This document shows, piece after piece, positions 1-13,689 of a stretch of DNA of 64,000 nt (positions are counted from its first letter, which is position 1; every line of letters starts with the position of its first letter). The notes under the pieces are model-generated. The model made no database searches and was not told where the DNA came from. It was given only the letters and a program-made list of their open reading frames with translations. A program made the translations under genes and the position numbers. Source of the DNA: Antedon mediterranea. Taxonomy: Eukaryota; Animalia; Echinodermata. The stretch is from NCBI RefSeq assembly GCF_964355755.1, contig NC_092672.1:17559237-17623236 (forward strand), written 5' to 3'.

Positions 1-584
1 GCGGGGTTGACGGTTCAAGTTTGTGAGGTCAGCACATTAAATATATTGTTAATCGCAATGGAATGAATAATGTTTTGGTAATCTTGCCTCTCTGTTGGCC
101 GCTTGGCGAATGCACGAAAAAAACAAAGTTTTCAAAGTTATATTTTCCATATAAAATTACGTTTTTTTTAGTAATTTATTTTATATATTATATCAACATT
201 GTCAATATCCATAAAATACGGATTGTTAAACACCTTTAAAAATTTGATAAATACCAAAACAAAATGAATTTGGTCTAAAGTAGGCCGAATCGTCCCACCA
301 AAAGTGGGGCGAATCGTCCCGGATTCAAGGAGTTCTATGAAAAAATCATGGTTGAACTAGGATTTTTACAAAAGCTTGACATTACTATATTACATAAAAT
401 TAAGCTTGCATTACTTGCATTCTGAAAGAGTATTTACAATTACTTATTTGTGTTCTAGCACCAACAATGTGCATATTAAATAATGATTGATAATTAATGT
501 CTAATATTATAGTAACAAAACAATAGTAAGAATACATTGAGAACATTTCTATATAAATACATTTTCATATAAAAATTGTATGAA

Positions 585-658
585 TCAGATGATTTGGTCC
601 TCGTTGTGGTCATCCATATCTTTGACACTGGAAGGCTCCTCATTTATATCACTTCCTC
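585..658 (-). CDS. Candidate terminal exon (GSDINEEPSSVKDMDDHNEDQII*)
   Basis: Strong TTCTACAG acceptor, in phase with the 4856 exon donor, ending in TGA before AT-rich sequence. Confidence 0.6.
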
Positions 659-1322
659 CTGTAGAATAAATTCAGTCAATTACTCACTTTGTATATCAAT
701 TTTTTGATGGACAGATCTTTAGTCCACTTTATTTATCTATAATGAAATCTATAATATTAATTATACTGTATTTCAATAGCTATTTATTCATACAGTAATT
801 GCTGATTTAACCACCAATTTCATCCAGCAAATGTTGCGCTGTTCATAATCAATAACCAATCATAAAGGTTATCGACTGTGCATAACACCACCTATTAATC
901 TAAAGAAGAAACAACTTTTGAGTGGAGGCAGAGAAGAGGTGTGTTTCATGGAATGTGTCAAATAGGTACTGTCTAAAATTTGCCTTTATTTTGTATGATC
1001 TGAAAGTTTGTTATATATATATTCAGAAGTCTAGTTGAGCAGTGCTTATAATTTATCGTATATAAAAAATTAAAGAGTGGTATTAAACCAGGCGCCAAGA
1101 GAAGTTGTGATGGGTTGATTATGAAGATATATGGCCAAGATTCAATAACCAATATTGCTGCCTGGTTCTATCCAGTAAATTTACCCCGGAGACACCCAAT
1201 ATGGGGGATAAAAAATGAATTTAATCATGCCACAGACAGTAGCCCAAAAATGCCTGTTGGGCCATAACAGATTTAATCATGCGAAGAACCACACAGAAAA
1301 TTAATTGTAACTATTACTTATA

Positions 1323-1610
1323 CCGGTATATACGGTCATACTACGTTGAAACACTGGTTCTCGTCAGATCACCGAAGTTAAGCAACGTTGGGCCTGGTCG
1401 CGTTCTGGATGGGAGACCGTCTAGAAATAGCGACGGGTGCTGTATATACCGGAGATCGGACTAGCATGTGATAGGCATGGATTCAAGGTTATCTGTACCA
1501 TACTAATTGCATCATTAGGCAAGATGCTTTAATCTCATTGACTTACTTGAGGATTCCAAATGATCAGCAAGTGCTGGATGGATCACCCTCATTAAATATG
1601 GTAAAAAAAA
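1323..1610 (+). mobile_element. 5S rRNA-derived SINE (SINE3-like) or 5S pseudogene with attached body
   Basis: 1327-1447 follows the 5S consensus (GGTTCTCGTCAGATCACCGAAGTTAAGCAACG..GGGCCTGG..TGGATGGGAGACCG); no TTTT terminator; continues into a SINE-like body and A-tail. Confidence 0.8.
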
Positions 1611-2436
1611 TTTACTTTTTGGGGTATACGAAAATACCATTGACAGCAACTTTATCCTTTATCCCAGCAGGCCAAATACTGTCTGTTGGGCCATAACAGA
1701 TTTAATCACATGAAGAGCCACACAACAAAATCCATTTTACATTGTAACTACCCTTTAGGATATACGAAAATAAGTAAGTTGGGCCAGACAGTATCCCAAA
1801 AATTTCCCCCTACAAGATTTAATAACCCGAAGAGTCACAAGGCAAAGTTCATTTTGTATTGTAAATATTACCCTAGTCTATGGGATATAAGAAAATACCA
1901 TTGACAGCAATGGCTCAAATTTCCAGTACCATATCGAAGACAACGTCTAATTCTTTTTTTTAACTGTTACACATTGAGATGTAAAATTATAATAATTACC
2001 GATAGATATGGTAATTATGTGAAAACATGTGGCATTAGATCTTACTCTACGGGATACATTGTATTAGAACTGTCACAGATTAACCCTTAAATGGCCGTCC
2101 CCTCCAAGATAAATCATTTAAGAACAGAGATGCCTAAAATGATTTAATATGTCGAATAATGACTAAATGTCTTAATTATCATCGTCTTCTTCTTCTTGCT
2201 CCAATCATCATTTCATGATTTGCTTACATAGTCTATGATATACTTTACAACTACCTGTATCATAACCAAAATTCGACTCCTTAGACCACATAATTCATTG
2301 CATTTGCTTCATAGCATCACATTAAATATAACATTTGCCGGTTGTTCCCCTGTCAATGTTTAGTGGTAGCGATGGCCATACAAGGCCGTCGTTATACATC
2401 CCAAATTCAGTTCCCACACGAGGCAGTGAAATAGAT

Positions 2437-4385
2437 ATTGACCTACCTTGACCTAAGCCGTCCAGACTGTGTGGGAGACTTGTGATGGCTTCTGTTTCAT
2501 AACCTCTTGCCATATCCTCCTATCTTGTGATGTTCTTGTTAGGGATACTTGGTTTCTTGATGTGCAGTCTGCCTTCAAACAGTCTAACCATTTCTTGGCT
2601 TGTCTCCCTCGTGGTCTATTTCCTTCTACAACCTCTTGTGGTGGTGATCCTGTTAACATTTCAAAAATTCCGGAGCCTCTTTTTGGCTATCCTGTCAATT
2701 ACGGTGTTGTTCAGCCCTAGAGTTTCTCTGATTTTGGTGTTTCTGATCTTGTCTAGTCTTGTTATGACCAAGATCTTTCTCAGACAGATCATCTCGAAAG
2801 TGAGTAATCTGCTCTCGTCATCCTTTTGCAGTGTCCATGTTTCTCATCCATACATGAGGATGGATAGTATGAGGACCTTCTAGAGTTTTAGCTTTGTGAA
2901 ACTATCTTTGGATGCCCATATTTTGTTGAGCTTTTGAATTGCGCCAAGAGCTTTCAAAATTCTGATTTTGAAATTTTCTGTACAGCAACCCAACTCGGTA
3001 ATGGTTCCTCCAAAATACACAACTTCTATGATGTGATTGATGTGATTTACTGATAACTTGCACTTCTGTTTTGCCAATGTTTATTTTGAGACCACCGTTT
3101 GAGCTCCACAGATGAACGTTGTCTACTAGCTGTTGTAGGTTTTTTTCTGCTATAAGGCTATATCATCTGTGAAGCAGAGAATGTTTATTAATTGTCTTTT
3201 TATTCCGATTCCTCTATCTGTGTCATACATACCATGAAGCATTACTATTTCCAGAAGTATATTGAAGAGTTGAGGAGACAGTACAACAGCCCTGTCGTAC
3301 ACCTACTGTTGTTTGAAACCATTGTGTCAGCTCTTCGTTCACCCTCAATGCAAAATCTATTTAGCAACAGTACAGGTACTTCTCTGCAATCTGTCCTAAA
3401 GCAAACAACTGCTCCACTGTTGCCCTTGGTCCTTGGTCTAAAACTAGCCTGATATTCTGACAGAACTTCTTCTGTTTTCAATCAATGCAAATATTTTCCC
3501 TGCATGACTCAGCAGACTGATAATTTCCACAGTCTAACTTCTAACAGTCTTTCTTTTTGAATATAGGTGTAATAATTGCTCTTCCCCAGTCAGTTGGAAA
3601 TGTGTCATTGTTCCAGATCAAATTGCATTTCTTTTTCCCTTGAGGCTTTCAATTCTTCTGCTTTTATGCGATCGTAGCCTGGAGCTTTTCCATCAGACAT
3701 CTTTTTAATTGCACTAGTCACTTCCTCCCTCAGTATGTGCTGTTCATTTTCTGTGCTTGCTATTTGTGGTATATTATTTGCAGGGTTACTGTTCTTTTTA
3801 TAGCTCACTGTAGTTTTCTTTCCATCTTTCTTTCACATCATTTAGCTCTGTCAAGACTTTACCATGTTTACTCTTTACTGTCTTAATTTAGATGTTTGAT
3901 TTTCTTGTAATTTTCTTGATTGTTGAATAAATCTCCTTGGTTGGTTTTAGCAGCTTGGTAACATTGTCCACTTTCTTACACAGTTCTTGGACCCATTTGC
4001 ATCCCTTTCCCTCCCTTTCTCTTTATCTCCCTATTCAGGAAATTATATCTGGTTCTCTTGGTGTGATCCTTTATCTTCTCAAGCCTCCCAGTTGGATGAC
4101 CTCTTCACTAATCCATGGGTCTTGCTGTTGGTTTCTCCTGCTTCCAAGTATTTTATTTGATGTGTCGCTGTTTTTATGTTTTCCCATGGAGTATGAACAT
4201 CTGTATCATTATCAGTCAAGGGTGAAGCAAATCATCCTCCGATTTCCATTTTATATCTGGTATGAGTTGTGGCATCATTGAGTTTGAAAACATCGTAACG
4301 CTTAAGAAACATTGTCTTTGATTTTGTTTTAAATTTCAGACGTAAGTTTGCTATGACCAACTGGTGATCTGATCCCATGTCAGCA
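2437..4385 (-). mobile_element. Decayed RTE-clade LINE (end of endonuclease plus reverse transcriptase)
   Basis: Fragments DHQLVIANLRL, ILREEVTSAIKKMSDGKAPGYD, YQASFRP, FTDDI and RPRGRQAKKWLD; many frameshifts. Confidence 0.88.
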
Positions 4386-4855
4386 AATAGATATTATGCG
4401 GTATTAAAACTATAGCTAGATAGCCGTGTGGCTCTTGACATGATTAACACTATTTTTGAGTGGTAACTTGGGGCTACTGTCTTGAGCCACTTACAGGATA
4501 AAGTTGCTGTCATTGCTGTTTTGTATACACATATGGGAACAATTTTTATCCGTGTGGCTTTTCACATGATTAAATCCATTTTTTACCCCTCCTATTTGGT
4601 GTCCCCAGGGTAAATTTACAGGATATGACCCGGCAGCAATATTGAATCTTAGCCAAATATCTACATAATCAGCCTTTTGTGGCTTTTCACATGAATAACC
4701 TTTCTGGGCGCCAGTCTATATTTTTCACTCTCCTCTTCTTAGGAGCATGGAAGAACTTCAGCATGATTGCGCTTGTTTCAAAAAGAGGTCTGCAACAATA
4801 AATAAGAAATAATATGATTTATTTGCAAATAGTAAGAAAGCGAAGATATTTTTAC

Positions 4856-5065
4856 CTTTTTGAGTAGATGTCTGTTCACTTGTCATTTTATCCACCTTTT
4901 TCTTTTTAGATTTTAATGAGAAATTAGTATTATTGGCATAGGAAGACTCTACAATGTTTGATGGTGATGTAACTTGACAAACAGCAACATCTGCACAAGC
5001 ATCTGAAGAAGATTTCTTCAATAACGTTGCTAAAAAGTTTCCATAACTTGATTTAGGCAAACTCA
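4856..5065 (-). CDS. Candidate tail exon (SLPKSSYGNF...LKSKKKKVDKMTSEQTSTQK)
   Basis: Within ORF 4758..5066; TATAG acceptor and G|GTAAAA donor; phase 1 at both ends; joins in frame to exon 585..658. Confidence 0.6.
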
Positions 5066-5265
5066 CTATAAATTAGAAAAATATTAAAATACATCAGAAA
5101 CTAAAGTAGACCAATATATTATTATATATGGAAAAGAGGAGAAGATTTGTTCAATAACCTTGCTAAATAAAAGTTTCCATAACTAATTGATTTAGGCAAA
5201 CTCACTATAAATTGGAAAAATATTAAAATTTATCAGAAACTAAAGTAGACAAATATATTACTATA

Positions 5266-5515
5266 CCGTATATCCTCTGGTATAATCCCACGTCAGGTCT
5301 AATCCCACCCCTATTTTATGTCTGATTTCACAAACAGTTCCAGTATTGACTTTTGGTTAAAGGCTCTCTTTAACCAGTTCAGATGAGATTTTACAAGATT
5401 TGCTTACCAATGATTTTTTTTACTGAACCAAGGTTTTTTCCGGGTGTAGTCCCACCGTCAATGTTTGCCCAATTTAGTGTTCTAGGGGGGTGGGATTATA
5501 CTAGAAGATATACGG
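5266..5515. mobile_element. Tc1/pogo (Tigger-like) MITE
   Basis: TA-flanked TIRs ccgtatatcctctggtataatcccac / gtgggattatactagaagatatacgg. Confidence 0.8.
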
Positions 5516-7099
5516 TAAATGTTTTCAGTGAAATAAAAGGTGATCACTAAATCAGTTAAATGTTTACTACTTTTTTTACCTGGTTTGTTAGTGTGCCTTG
5601 AGCAGATTTGATTCATAATAGAAGATTCTCTGGAGAAGAAAACAATTTTAAAATGTACTAATGCAAAATGCATACATTGTACACACAAAAACCCAATACT
5701 TGTTTTTGTTTTCTACAAAAACATATTACATATGATACTGTAGCGAGAGGTTGCAGGTTTGAATCCCGCCAGAGACATTTTTTCATACAACTAAAAAAAA
5801 TATGGAACTTTCGCCAATGAGCTATGAGACGCGATTATGAGATCATGTTCCGAATATGAGCACTGTTTCTATAATTTACAGTATGTTTATATATAATTTA
5901 CACAGTGCTACGCAACACATTGATTTACATTTTACATACCATGGTTGTATTGATTTTTTTAAATAGCTGCAGCATTAATTTTTAAGAGAAAGACTAAGGG
6001 TATGGTTTCCATTACTGTCACTCAACCCATTTATCAAAGTATTGAGGGTAAAAATACTCTTTACTATTCACCATTCAAGAAAATAATTGTCTAGGACCAG
6101 AAGATTGAAAAGCCATCAGCAAAAAGGTCACAAAAACATGGAGTAGCAATATGTTAAAATGTACTATACAGATATTGCCTGTGTAGAGGTTAAAATAAGA
6201 TTTGACATCCCCGCGCTTCGGGAAATATATTCCATCGAACAAAATATCATTCCCAAGGGGTTGTAAAATCTTATATTTTACCGATATAAAAGGCGATACC
6301 TGTTATATTACATAGCCAACAACAAGTAGAATATCTGCTGGGTCGGGTAGCTAGGCTAGGCCTCCTTTTTGTATTGTATGTAAACAAGCTGCCCAGACAC
6401 CTTACCTTGCGAAGAATAATATACAGATAATTACTAATTAATGATTCCTTGGCAATAAAATATTCACTAGCCTAGGTCGTTTAAATAATAACAGAAGAAT
6501 TTCCATCAATAAGCCTACATTAATAATAATATTATTATCAGGTAGGCCGAATAAATAACAATTCGTCTTCTTCAAGCCGAATCACCGGATGTTCAGTGCG
6601 TCGCGGGTGGACCGGTTACTACTGTGAGTATAAACCAACCACAAAAGGTCTTTCATCACATCTAGGGAAGACTAATAACAAATGAGGGCGCTATGTATGC
6701 ATAGTTTAAATAGTTTGGTTGATTAATTTCTTCAAGCAAGTTCCTTGGCTCAGCACAGGAAGCATTGTCTTCATGTGCTTCTGGAGTGACAATTTCATCG
6801 CAAGTTCAAGACCCAGTAGGTGACTTTTGTTTATTTATCTCCAAATGCGAGTGTTGCTACACAAAAAATTACACAGTCAATATCATCGTACTCGAGAATT
6901 TGCTGGATTTAATATGTTTAATGACAGGGACACGATAATTACACGAAAATAGATCAGTCAATATCATCATACTCGAGGATATATACGATTTACGATCCTC
7001 GCAGCGGTATGTGATGCAGTTTCAACCAATCCTGTACACGTATTTACATAGGCTATGTAATATAACTAAATATTGCTAGTCTTATTTAGTTTAATAACA

Positions 7100-10070
7100 A
7101 TAACTAGATTTAAACTCGTCACTATGGCTGAGTTATGAGATTATCTGCTGCGCAAATGCCACATGCATGTCATATGTTCGAATATTGCGCACAGAAAAAC
7201 GATTATGCCATTGTGACCTGAACAAAATAAATGTTGTTGGGGTGCTCTCTATTTTGTGTCTAGTATATACAGTATACACTATATACTGTATACATACTAC
7301 ATACAGTGCAGCATAGGTGAAAATAACGGGACCCACCTTTTATTCCAATGTTTAACATGATGATGTCATCAAAATTAAACATGTAGATAGCAATTTTGAA
7401 AGGGAATTATCTGAGCAACAACATAACGTGAAGAAATTTGGATACATAGAATTTGTTTATATGTGAAGTACTATAACGCAAAAGATGAAAATACGACTTT
7501 TATAATTCAACTGGACATATGACGTCACAACATCCAATGCGCAAAATTTGTAAATAAATTTGTATTTACAATTCAACAGATTCCAGAAAAAATTTTAATC
7601 ATGAGTATCATTTTTCATTCTGAGCAGTTATAACATGTTGAAATATACTGTAATGATGAAAATAAGTGACCCAAGTAATTCACGCTTTTAAACATGATGA
7701 CATGATGACATCATCAAAACTTTAAAAAAAATGCGAAAGATAATTGATTGACATAGACAAATAAAGTTAATTAGAAATTGATTTTTAAACGCATGTAACT
7801 TTCTGTGCAACATTACATTTTTTTCAACAGAAAGTTAGTGCATGATATAAATTCCACTTTGCTATTTTGAGATCACAAGACACACAAATTACAGAAATAA
7901 AAAAAAAAATTTGTAAAAATAGAATTTAATTCGTCATTGTAACGAATTATAGGTGATCATTTTTATAATTTTATTTTATTTATTAATATTTTTTAAACAT
8001 GCACGTATGTTAACATACAATCAGAAAATGTTGATGCCATCCTATTACCTGATGCATATGCTTATGGTGCTGATTGGTGTCTATTATGTGTCATATATAC
8101 TCTATACGGTACAGTGTACTGTATATCTATACAGTGTAACATATGTGAAATTACAGGAACCACACCATGTTCTAATTTTTTGATATGCTGATGACGTCAA
8201 ACTAAACTTGAAGATCACAATTTCGAAATATAATGAATTGAGCCAAAAATTATAAGATTTGGAAGAAAATTTGGAACATAGAAGCGCACTCTTTGAAATT
8301 TGTATAAATTTTATGAAGCAGAAAAAAAATTCAAATATACGTTGTAGGTAAAATTAGGTATTGTAATTTTACCTACAACGTATATTTGAATTTTTTTAAC
8401 CATCGTTATTCAAATTTTAAGATGTGATGACATCATCAAAATGAAAATATTGGCAACAACAACAAGTAACATAATTGGTTGAGGTAGATATATTAAAAAT
8501 TAAAAGAAAATCAATCACAGATAAGCGAGTTGCGCTCTTTTGAATATGGTGGTCTATGACAAAAGGGGAAAAAACCCTATTTAAAACATTCATGTGGCCA
8601 AATGATGACGTCATACCTTTTTGTACGTCAAATGTGTATACATTTATATCTACAACTCATTGGCTTCCATAATAAGTTACGAAAATAGGGAGGTCACCTT
8701 CCATTCTGAAGAGTTATATTCATTTTAAAAAGGCCTTATTTTTTACCATTTTTAGCACTTTTGTACAATTAATGTGCGCATTTTGTCATTTTTAACGAGC
8801 TCGTATAGCACTATTTTAAGTCGAAATGGACTCAAATTTGGTGAATGTACTAAGGAAGATGAGTAGAATGCAATTTGTACAAACAATTGGTATTGTTTAC
8901 GCTTTCTATGTACGCGCAAAAACATGTTTTTGCACAGTAATTTTTTAAAACACGCAAATGGCCTAATTTATGCTCTAAATTGATCAAAACATAATTTTAA
9001 GCTTTTTAAATTTTTAACGCCCGATTTCACGCGCATGACCTTGTGTACACGTGTGTTTTTACCCTTGACCTGTAATTATTTATAGTGAATTTCATTGATA
9101 TGTGATGACGAGTAATGCAGATATGATTGATAATATTATTTCACAAAATGGCGTATAAATGATGTCACGAATGAGTGATCACGCTGAAAAGCTTATTATA
9201 GGATTAAGTTAAATTATTTTTAAGATATTGTGAAATTTTGGTGATCATATAGACACTTAATTTTTTGAGATAATTGTTACACAAAATAGTGTAGAGAAAC
9301 AAAACAAAAACTAGAATTTAATTCGTCACTTTGACAAATTATAGGTGATCATTTTTATAGTTTTAATGAAATTATAATTTTTTAAACATGCATGTACGTT
9401 AACATACGATCGGAATATGTATGCCATCCTATGACATGATGCATATACGCTTATAGTGCAGAGTTGTACCTATATGTGTCATATATAATATGTACAGTAT
9501 ACTGTATATATATATACAGTGTAGCATAGGTGAAATTACGGGACCCACATCATGTTCTTTAAAACTGTTATAAATGTGACGAAATAGATGAAAAAAACTA
9601 CTTTTTAAATTCAACTAGCCATATCATAACGTCACAACATCCGATAGGCTTAATTTGTATGCAAATACATATCTAAATTTCATCAGCTATCACACTGAAT
9701 TAAAATCATCAAGGTAACATTTAATTCTGAAAAGCTGTGAGATATTCAAATATACGCTGAAGGTGAAATTACTCGATCCACGTTATACAAGTTTTACGCC
9801 TAAGACGTCATGAAACCAAAATGGTGGCAACTCATGATAAAGATACTTAATTTAGCAAGCACATACTGAAATGCGAGCGAAAATCGGGCTCAAATAACGG
9901 AGATGCGCTCTATTCAATGTGATAACCTAAAAAAAAACGATAAAAAATCCTAGTTTTTAAATTCAAGTGGCCATTTGATGACGTCACATCATCTTATACA
10001 TCAAATGTACATGAATTCATATCTACAACTCAATGGCTTCCAGAATTAGTTAAAAAATTGTGGATAACCA
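7100..10070 (-). mobile_element. Cluster of diverged Helentron/HINE-like copies
   Basis: Three starts of the motif (ac)taga..tt..tcgtca..tgacgaa..ggt (about 7102, 7918, 9310) followed by bodies homologous to the 37-40 kb copies. Confidence 0.6.
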
Positions 10071-10191
10071 ACAATAATAATGGGTGATATATAATGGGAT
10101 TTTAGTTCCCTTGTTTGGCTCATGAATTGATAAGCAACAGCAGATGGTACCGTATACAGTAAATAAATAAATTAATATTTCAAAAACATTA

Positions 10192-10334
10192 TTACCGGCT
10201 CCCAATTCTAGCAGTGTTGTTAAATGATTCTAGGTCATCTAGATCTGATAAAGGAAATTCGTCAAGAGTACAGTTGTTAAGTGATGTATCAAGATCTCCA
10301 TTACCATGCTCGTTTGTGCTGTCTTTGCCGTCAT
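10192..10334 (-). CDS. Candidate TRIM37 tail or terminal exon (DGKDSTNEHGNGDLDTSLNNCTLDEFPLSDLDDLESFNNTARIGSR*)
   Basis: Protein-like acidic ORF after a phase-1 CTAG acceptor; no recognised homology. Confidence 0.55.
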
Positions 10335-11385
10335 CTAGTAAATGAAAATAATATAAATAAAAAACGTGCAAACACAACAAGGATATTACTCCTTTCTTAA
10401 GGTACTGTGTTATTACCAATAAATGATAATAGTTCAACCACATGTCAATAGTATACAAATAAAGAATGTTTATGAGTTGGGATGGTGAGAATATTTCATG
10501 AGTTGAAAAATTGACTGCTTGACAAGACCAGTTGAAATTAGAGCAGTCAATTTTTCAACGAATGTAATATTCTCTCCATTCGTCGAATACAAAAATTTGT
10601 TTTATAACACACCTACTTTTATTCAATTTATCCATCATAAAAAATCAGCATAAAAATCTGAACGTGCATTAGAGCGCATTAATCATCAACATTAGATACA
10701 CTTTTTTGTGAGAGGCATAATTTCAAATGACATGTGATGCCTAATTAACCAATCAAATTGTATTACAATCCGGTGTGTTATAATACCATTATATTTAATT
10801 TGATTTATTCAAGTAATAGAAAAACATGTAAAACTACATTAAAATATTGGTACAGTAGGTCCTATTTTATTTAGACTCCAAACATGTTAAACTTTATCGT
10901 GGATAGTACAAAACTAGGCCTTATAAGTACTAAATAAATACTTTAGATGTTTCTTGCACAATGTTTGCAAATTTACACTAGCCATAAGGGGCCTAAACTA
11001 TGTCATCTGACGGATCGCACTGTAATGTGCTGGGTTTACAGTTTCATGTACAGTGTAATTTAAAAAAAACTGTAAAAATTGACCTTTTGCGTTAATTACC
11101 TGCTTGCGCACAAAATTGATGTATTTTTAAATGCTCAAACCAACTCACTCATACTACTGTACTAGCAGGTACCCGACCAATGGACGGGAAACATCTTATA
11201 ATATATTGATTTTAAATTAATGTTCGGGAATCAAAAAGATAGTACAGTAATATAGTACAATGCAGTATACACAAATCTATAAATGGATGTATAGTGCAGA
11301 GAGGTGCATTATACAGCATTTATATTAGAAGGAAGATAAAGTTAACTGGCATACTGTATTTTTCAGCAAGCAATTTTAAATACAA

Positions 11386-12840
11386 ACTAGATTTAATTCG
11401 TCACTATGACGAATTATAGGTTATATGCATTGATTTAAATAAAGACAGTTGATTGATTTAAGATATATTGATTGATTGATTTTTTCAGAATCTTTAGTTA
11501 TTTATGATAGGATCTTGCAAATACAATAGCCGGTATCATAATCATAGATCCTTCTGCGTATATAATGCCATAAAAACCACAATTGTTACATAATAATAAA
11601 GACATAAAATATTTTTTATTAGATTTCATTATAAATCATGTGTATAATCTATACACTAAGAAATACAATTGAACAAACAATACGGATAATAAAAAAAAAT
11701 CTTATTTTGTTTCGTTTCCCAAGCTGAGACTCGAACTCGGTACCTTGAATGCCATAGACACGAGCACAGACCACCGAGCCATACAGAACTGACTAAAAGT
11801 TATGGAAAGATTCATCCGTGTATTTACTATGCAGTAACCACTTTGGTGCAGATAGATTATTACATACCGCAATGAATTATGTTTTACTATGATGAAATCT
11901 TTAAAAATAAAAATAAATGATGCACTGTCAAACTATATACTTTTAACTTTAATATATGAACTTCTTAAGGAAGAAAGTTAATGTTAAGTTTATTATTTCG
12001 GCCTAAGAAAATGTTATAATTTGTTTGATTGTCGAAATTAATTTTTTTAAATTTAATATGCCATAATAATGATGACTTAATCAACTTTTGTTCTCTTAAT
12101 TTCATAATAAATCATACATATGATACAAGCACTTCAAGAAAATGAAATAAAAAATAGGTGTTCCCGAGCATTTTAACGATATATATTAATTTTAAAATTT
12201 AGCATATTTTCACCATTTTGTTAACTTACACGTGCGTAGCCTGTCACTTTTGACGTGCTCGTATAACGCTGTTTCGCGCTGAAAAGTGAATAAAATATGA
12301 TATTATTAAAGAAAGGTTATACAACAGTAATCGGACAAAAACAGTGCGCATTAACGTTTGACGAGTAGTGCGCGTGCAAAAATCTGCGCACTCATGGCAA
12401 TTTTTTAAACGCTTAAAATTGCCTGAAACATACTCTAATTTCATCGAAAATAAATTTTGACAATTTTTGAACATTTTAAGCGCGCGTACGCATGCATTAT
12501 ATGCGCTACGCACGTAATTGTATTGCCATATGATGAAATATGACCTGAAATTTATGAGTACCAAATTTTGTTTAAAAGTGATTCATGCTTGTGAAGAAAT
12601 GATTACAAACGTGATTTCGTTAAATCACGCGTAGGCCACGTAATGTTTGATTGCACACCGTGAAAACATAACCACATCGATTCCTGGCCATTAGGAATAT
12701 ACTCTGAAAAATTGACTTAGCTAGATGAAACTGATGCCAAGATAATTCACGGACAAAATAGTGCTAAGGAAAGAATAAATAAATAAATAAATAAAGATCC
12801 GGACAGAATCAAGAGGTTATATGCATGATATGCATATAAC
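11386..12840 (-). mobile_element. Helentron-associated (HINE-like) non-autonomous element
   Basis: AACTAG plus hairpin ttcgtca-cta-tgacgaa; subTIR ggttatatgca; far-end palindrome gttatatgcatgatatgcatataac; tRNA-like B-box at about 11712-11785. Confidence 0.7.
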
Positions 12841-13689
12841 GTCGTGAGGTAATTTCCCGATTGATCGTAATAAAAACGGTACTGGGTTTGGTCTACTAGC
12901 GTTCCTGCTCCCAACCAGTACATCCATTCATAGAAGCTTTAATGAAGTAAGCCTACCTGGTGGTAACCATAGAACGGTCTCGAGATAACGACTATACTTT
13001 GGCTTTAGTCGATAGAAGATTGAACAAATTGTTTAGATAGAGTATACGATGTTTGATTATGTGTAGATGTGTGCTTTGTTCTTTTATTCAAATGATGTTA
13101 TTTTTTTAATACATTTTTTATATCAATTAAATTATCGTAGATTGTATATTTATTTTAATAAATATATTGATTTAGTTGAATCTGGTTGAATATTCTTGCT
13201 GTTGTTCAGTTAAATGTCTTGATTTGTGGTGGTAAGAATGTTTGGAGGTTTGTCTTTAAATATAAGTTTTCTGGTGGTTTAGGCCTAATTAGAAAGAAGT
13301 AAATATGATTGCAACATCATCCTCCTTGTTTGTACCTCCTTATAGGTCTACACCCCTTGACAATAAATTGCATACAACGAACAATTAAAATTCCCAAAAA
13401 AATAACAAAACATAATGTTAGCATAATTTACTTTACAATATTTTATATCATAATGGAATTAGAAGCCTCTCTTTAGCAAGCACTGTTGCTATACTACTGT
13501 GTATACTGTAGCTGCGCTGATCACATGGCCTGCTGTCTCGATATTGCTTATGACCTAATTGTGACGTAGGAAAATGGCTGTGAGCCCCAGATAGAGCAGC
13601 AATAATCAATATGAGGCAAGACAAGAGCATTATTAACATAAGAAAAGTAGCTTGGTCAATTAAATTACAAGTACGGGAGAGAGGTACTG

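Larger units (their letters stand above)
1090..4712. mobile_element. Old long-TIR (foldback/MITE-like) element hosting a SINE and a LINE
   Basis: 1090-1240 is a diverged inverted copy of 4560-4712 (ggcgcc...gattatg.agatat.tggc.aagattcaata...gtaaatttaccc); related subrepeats continue to about 1920. Confidence 0.55.

Noticed and set aside
1327-1447. Functional 5S rRNA gene (also 61891-62003)
   Set aside because: Substitutions and indels, no oligo-T terminator, no tandem array, and SINE-like bodies and tails.
6400-6830. Extra TRIM37 exon or promoter (strong minus-strand donor near 6405; short open frame at 6720-6805)
   Set aside because: No phase-compatible acceptor and donor pair around an open frame.
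11712-11785. tRNA genes (also about 5740, 15350 and 58700)
   Set aside because: Only A/B-box remnants inside repeats; no convincing cloverleaf.
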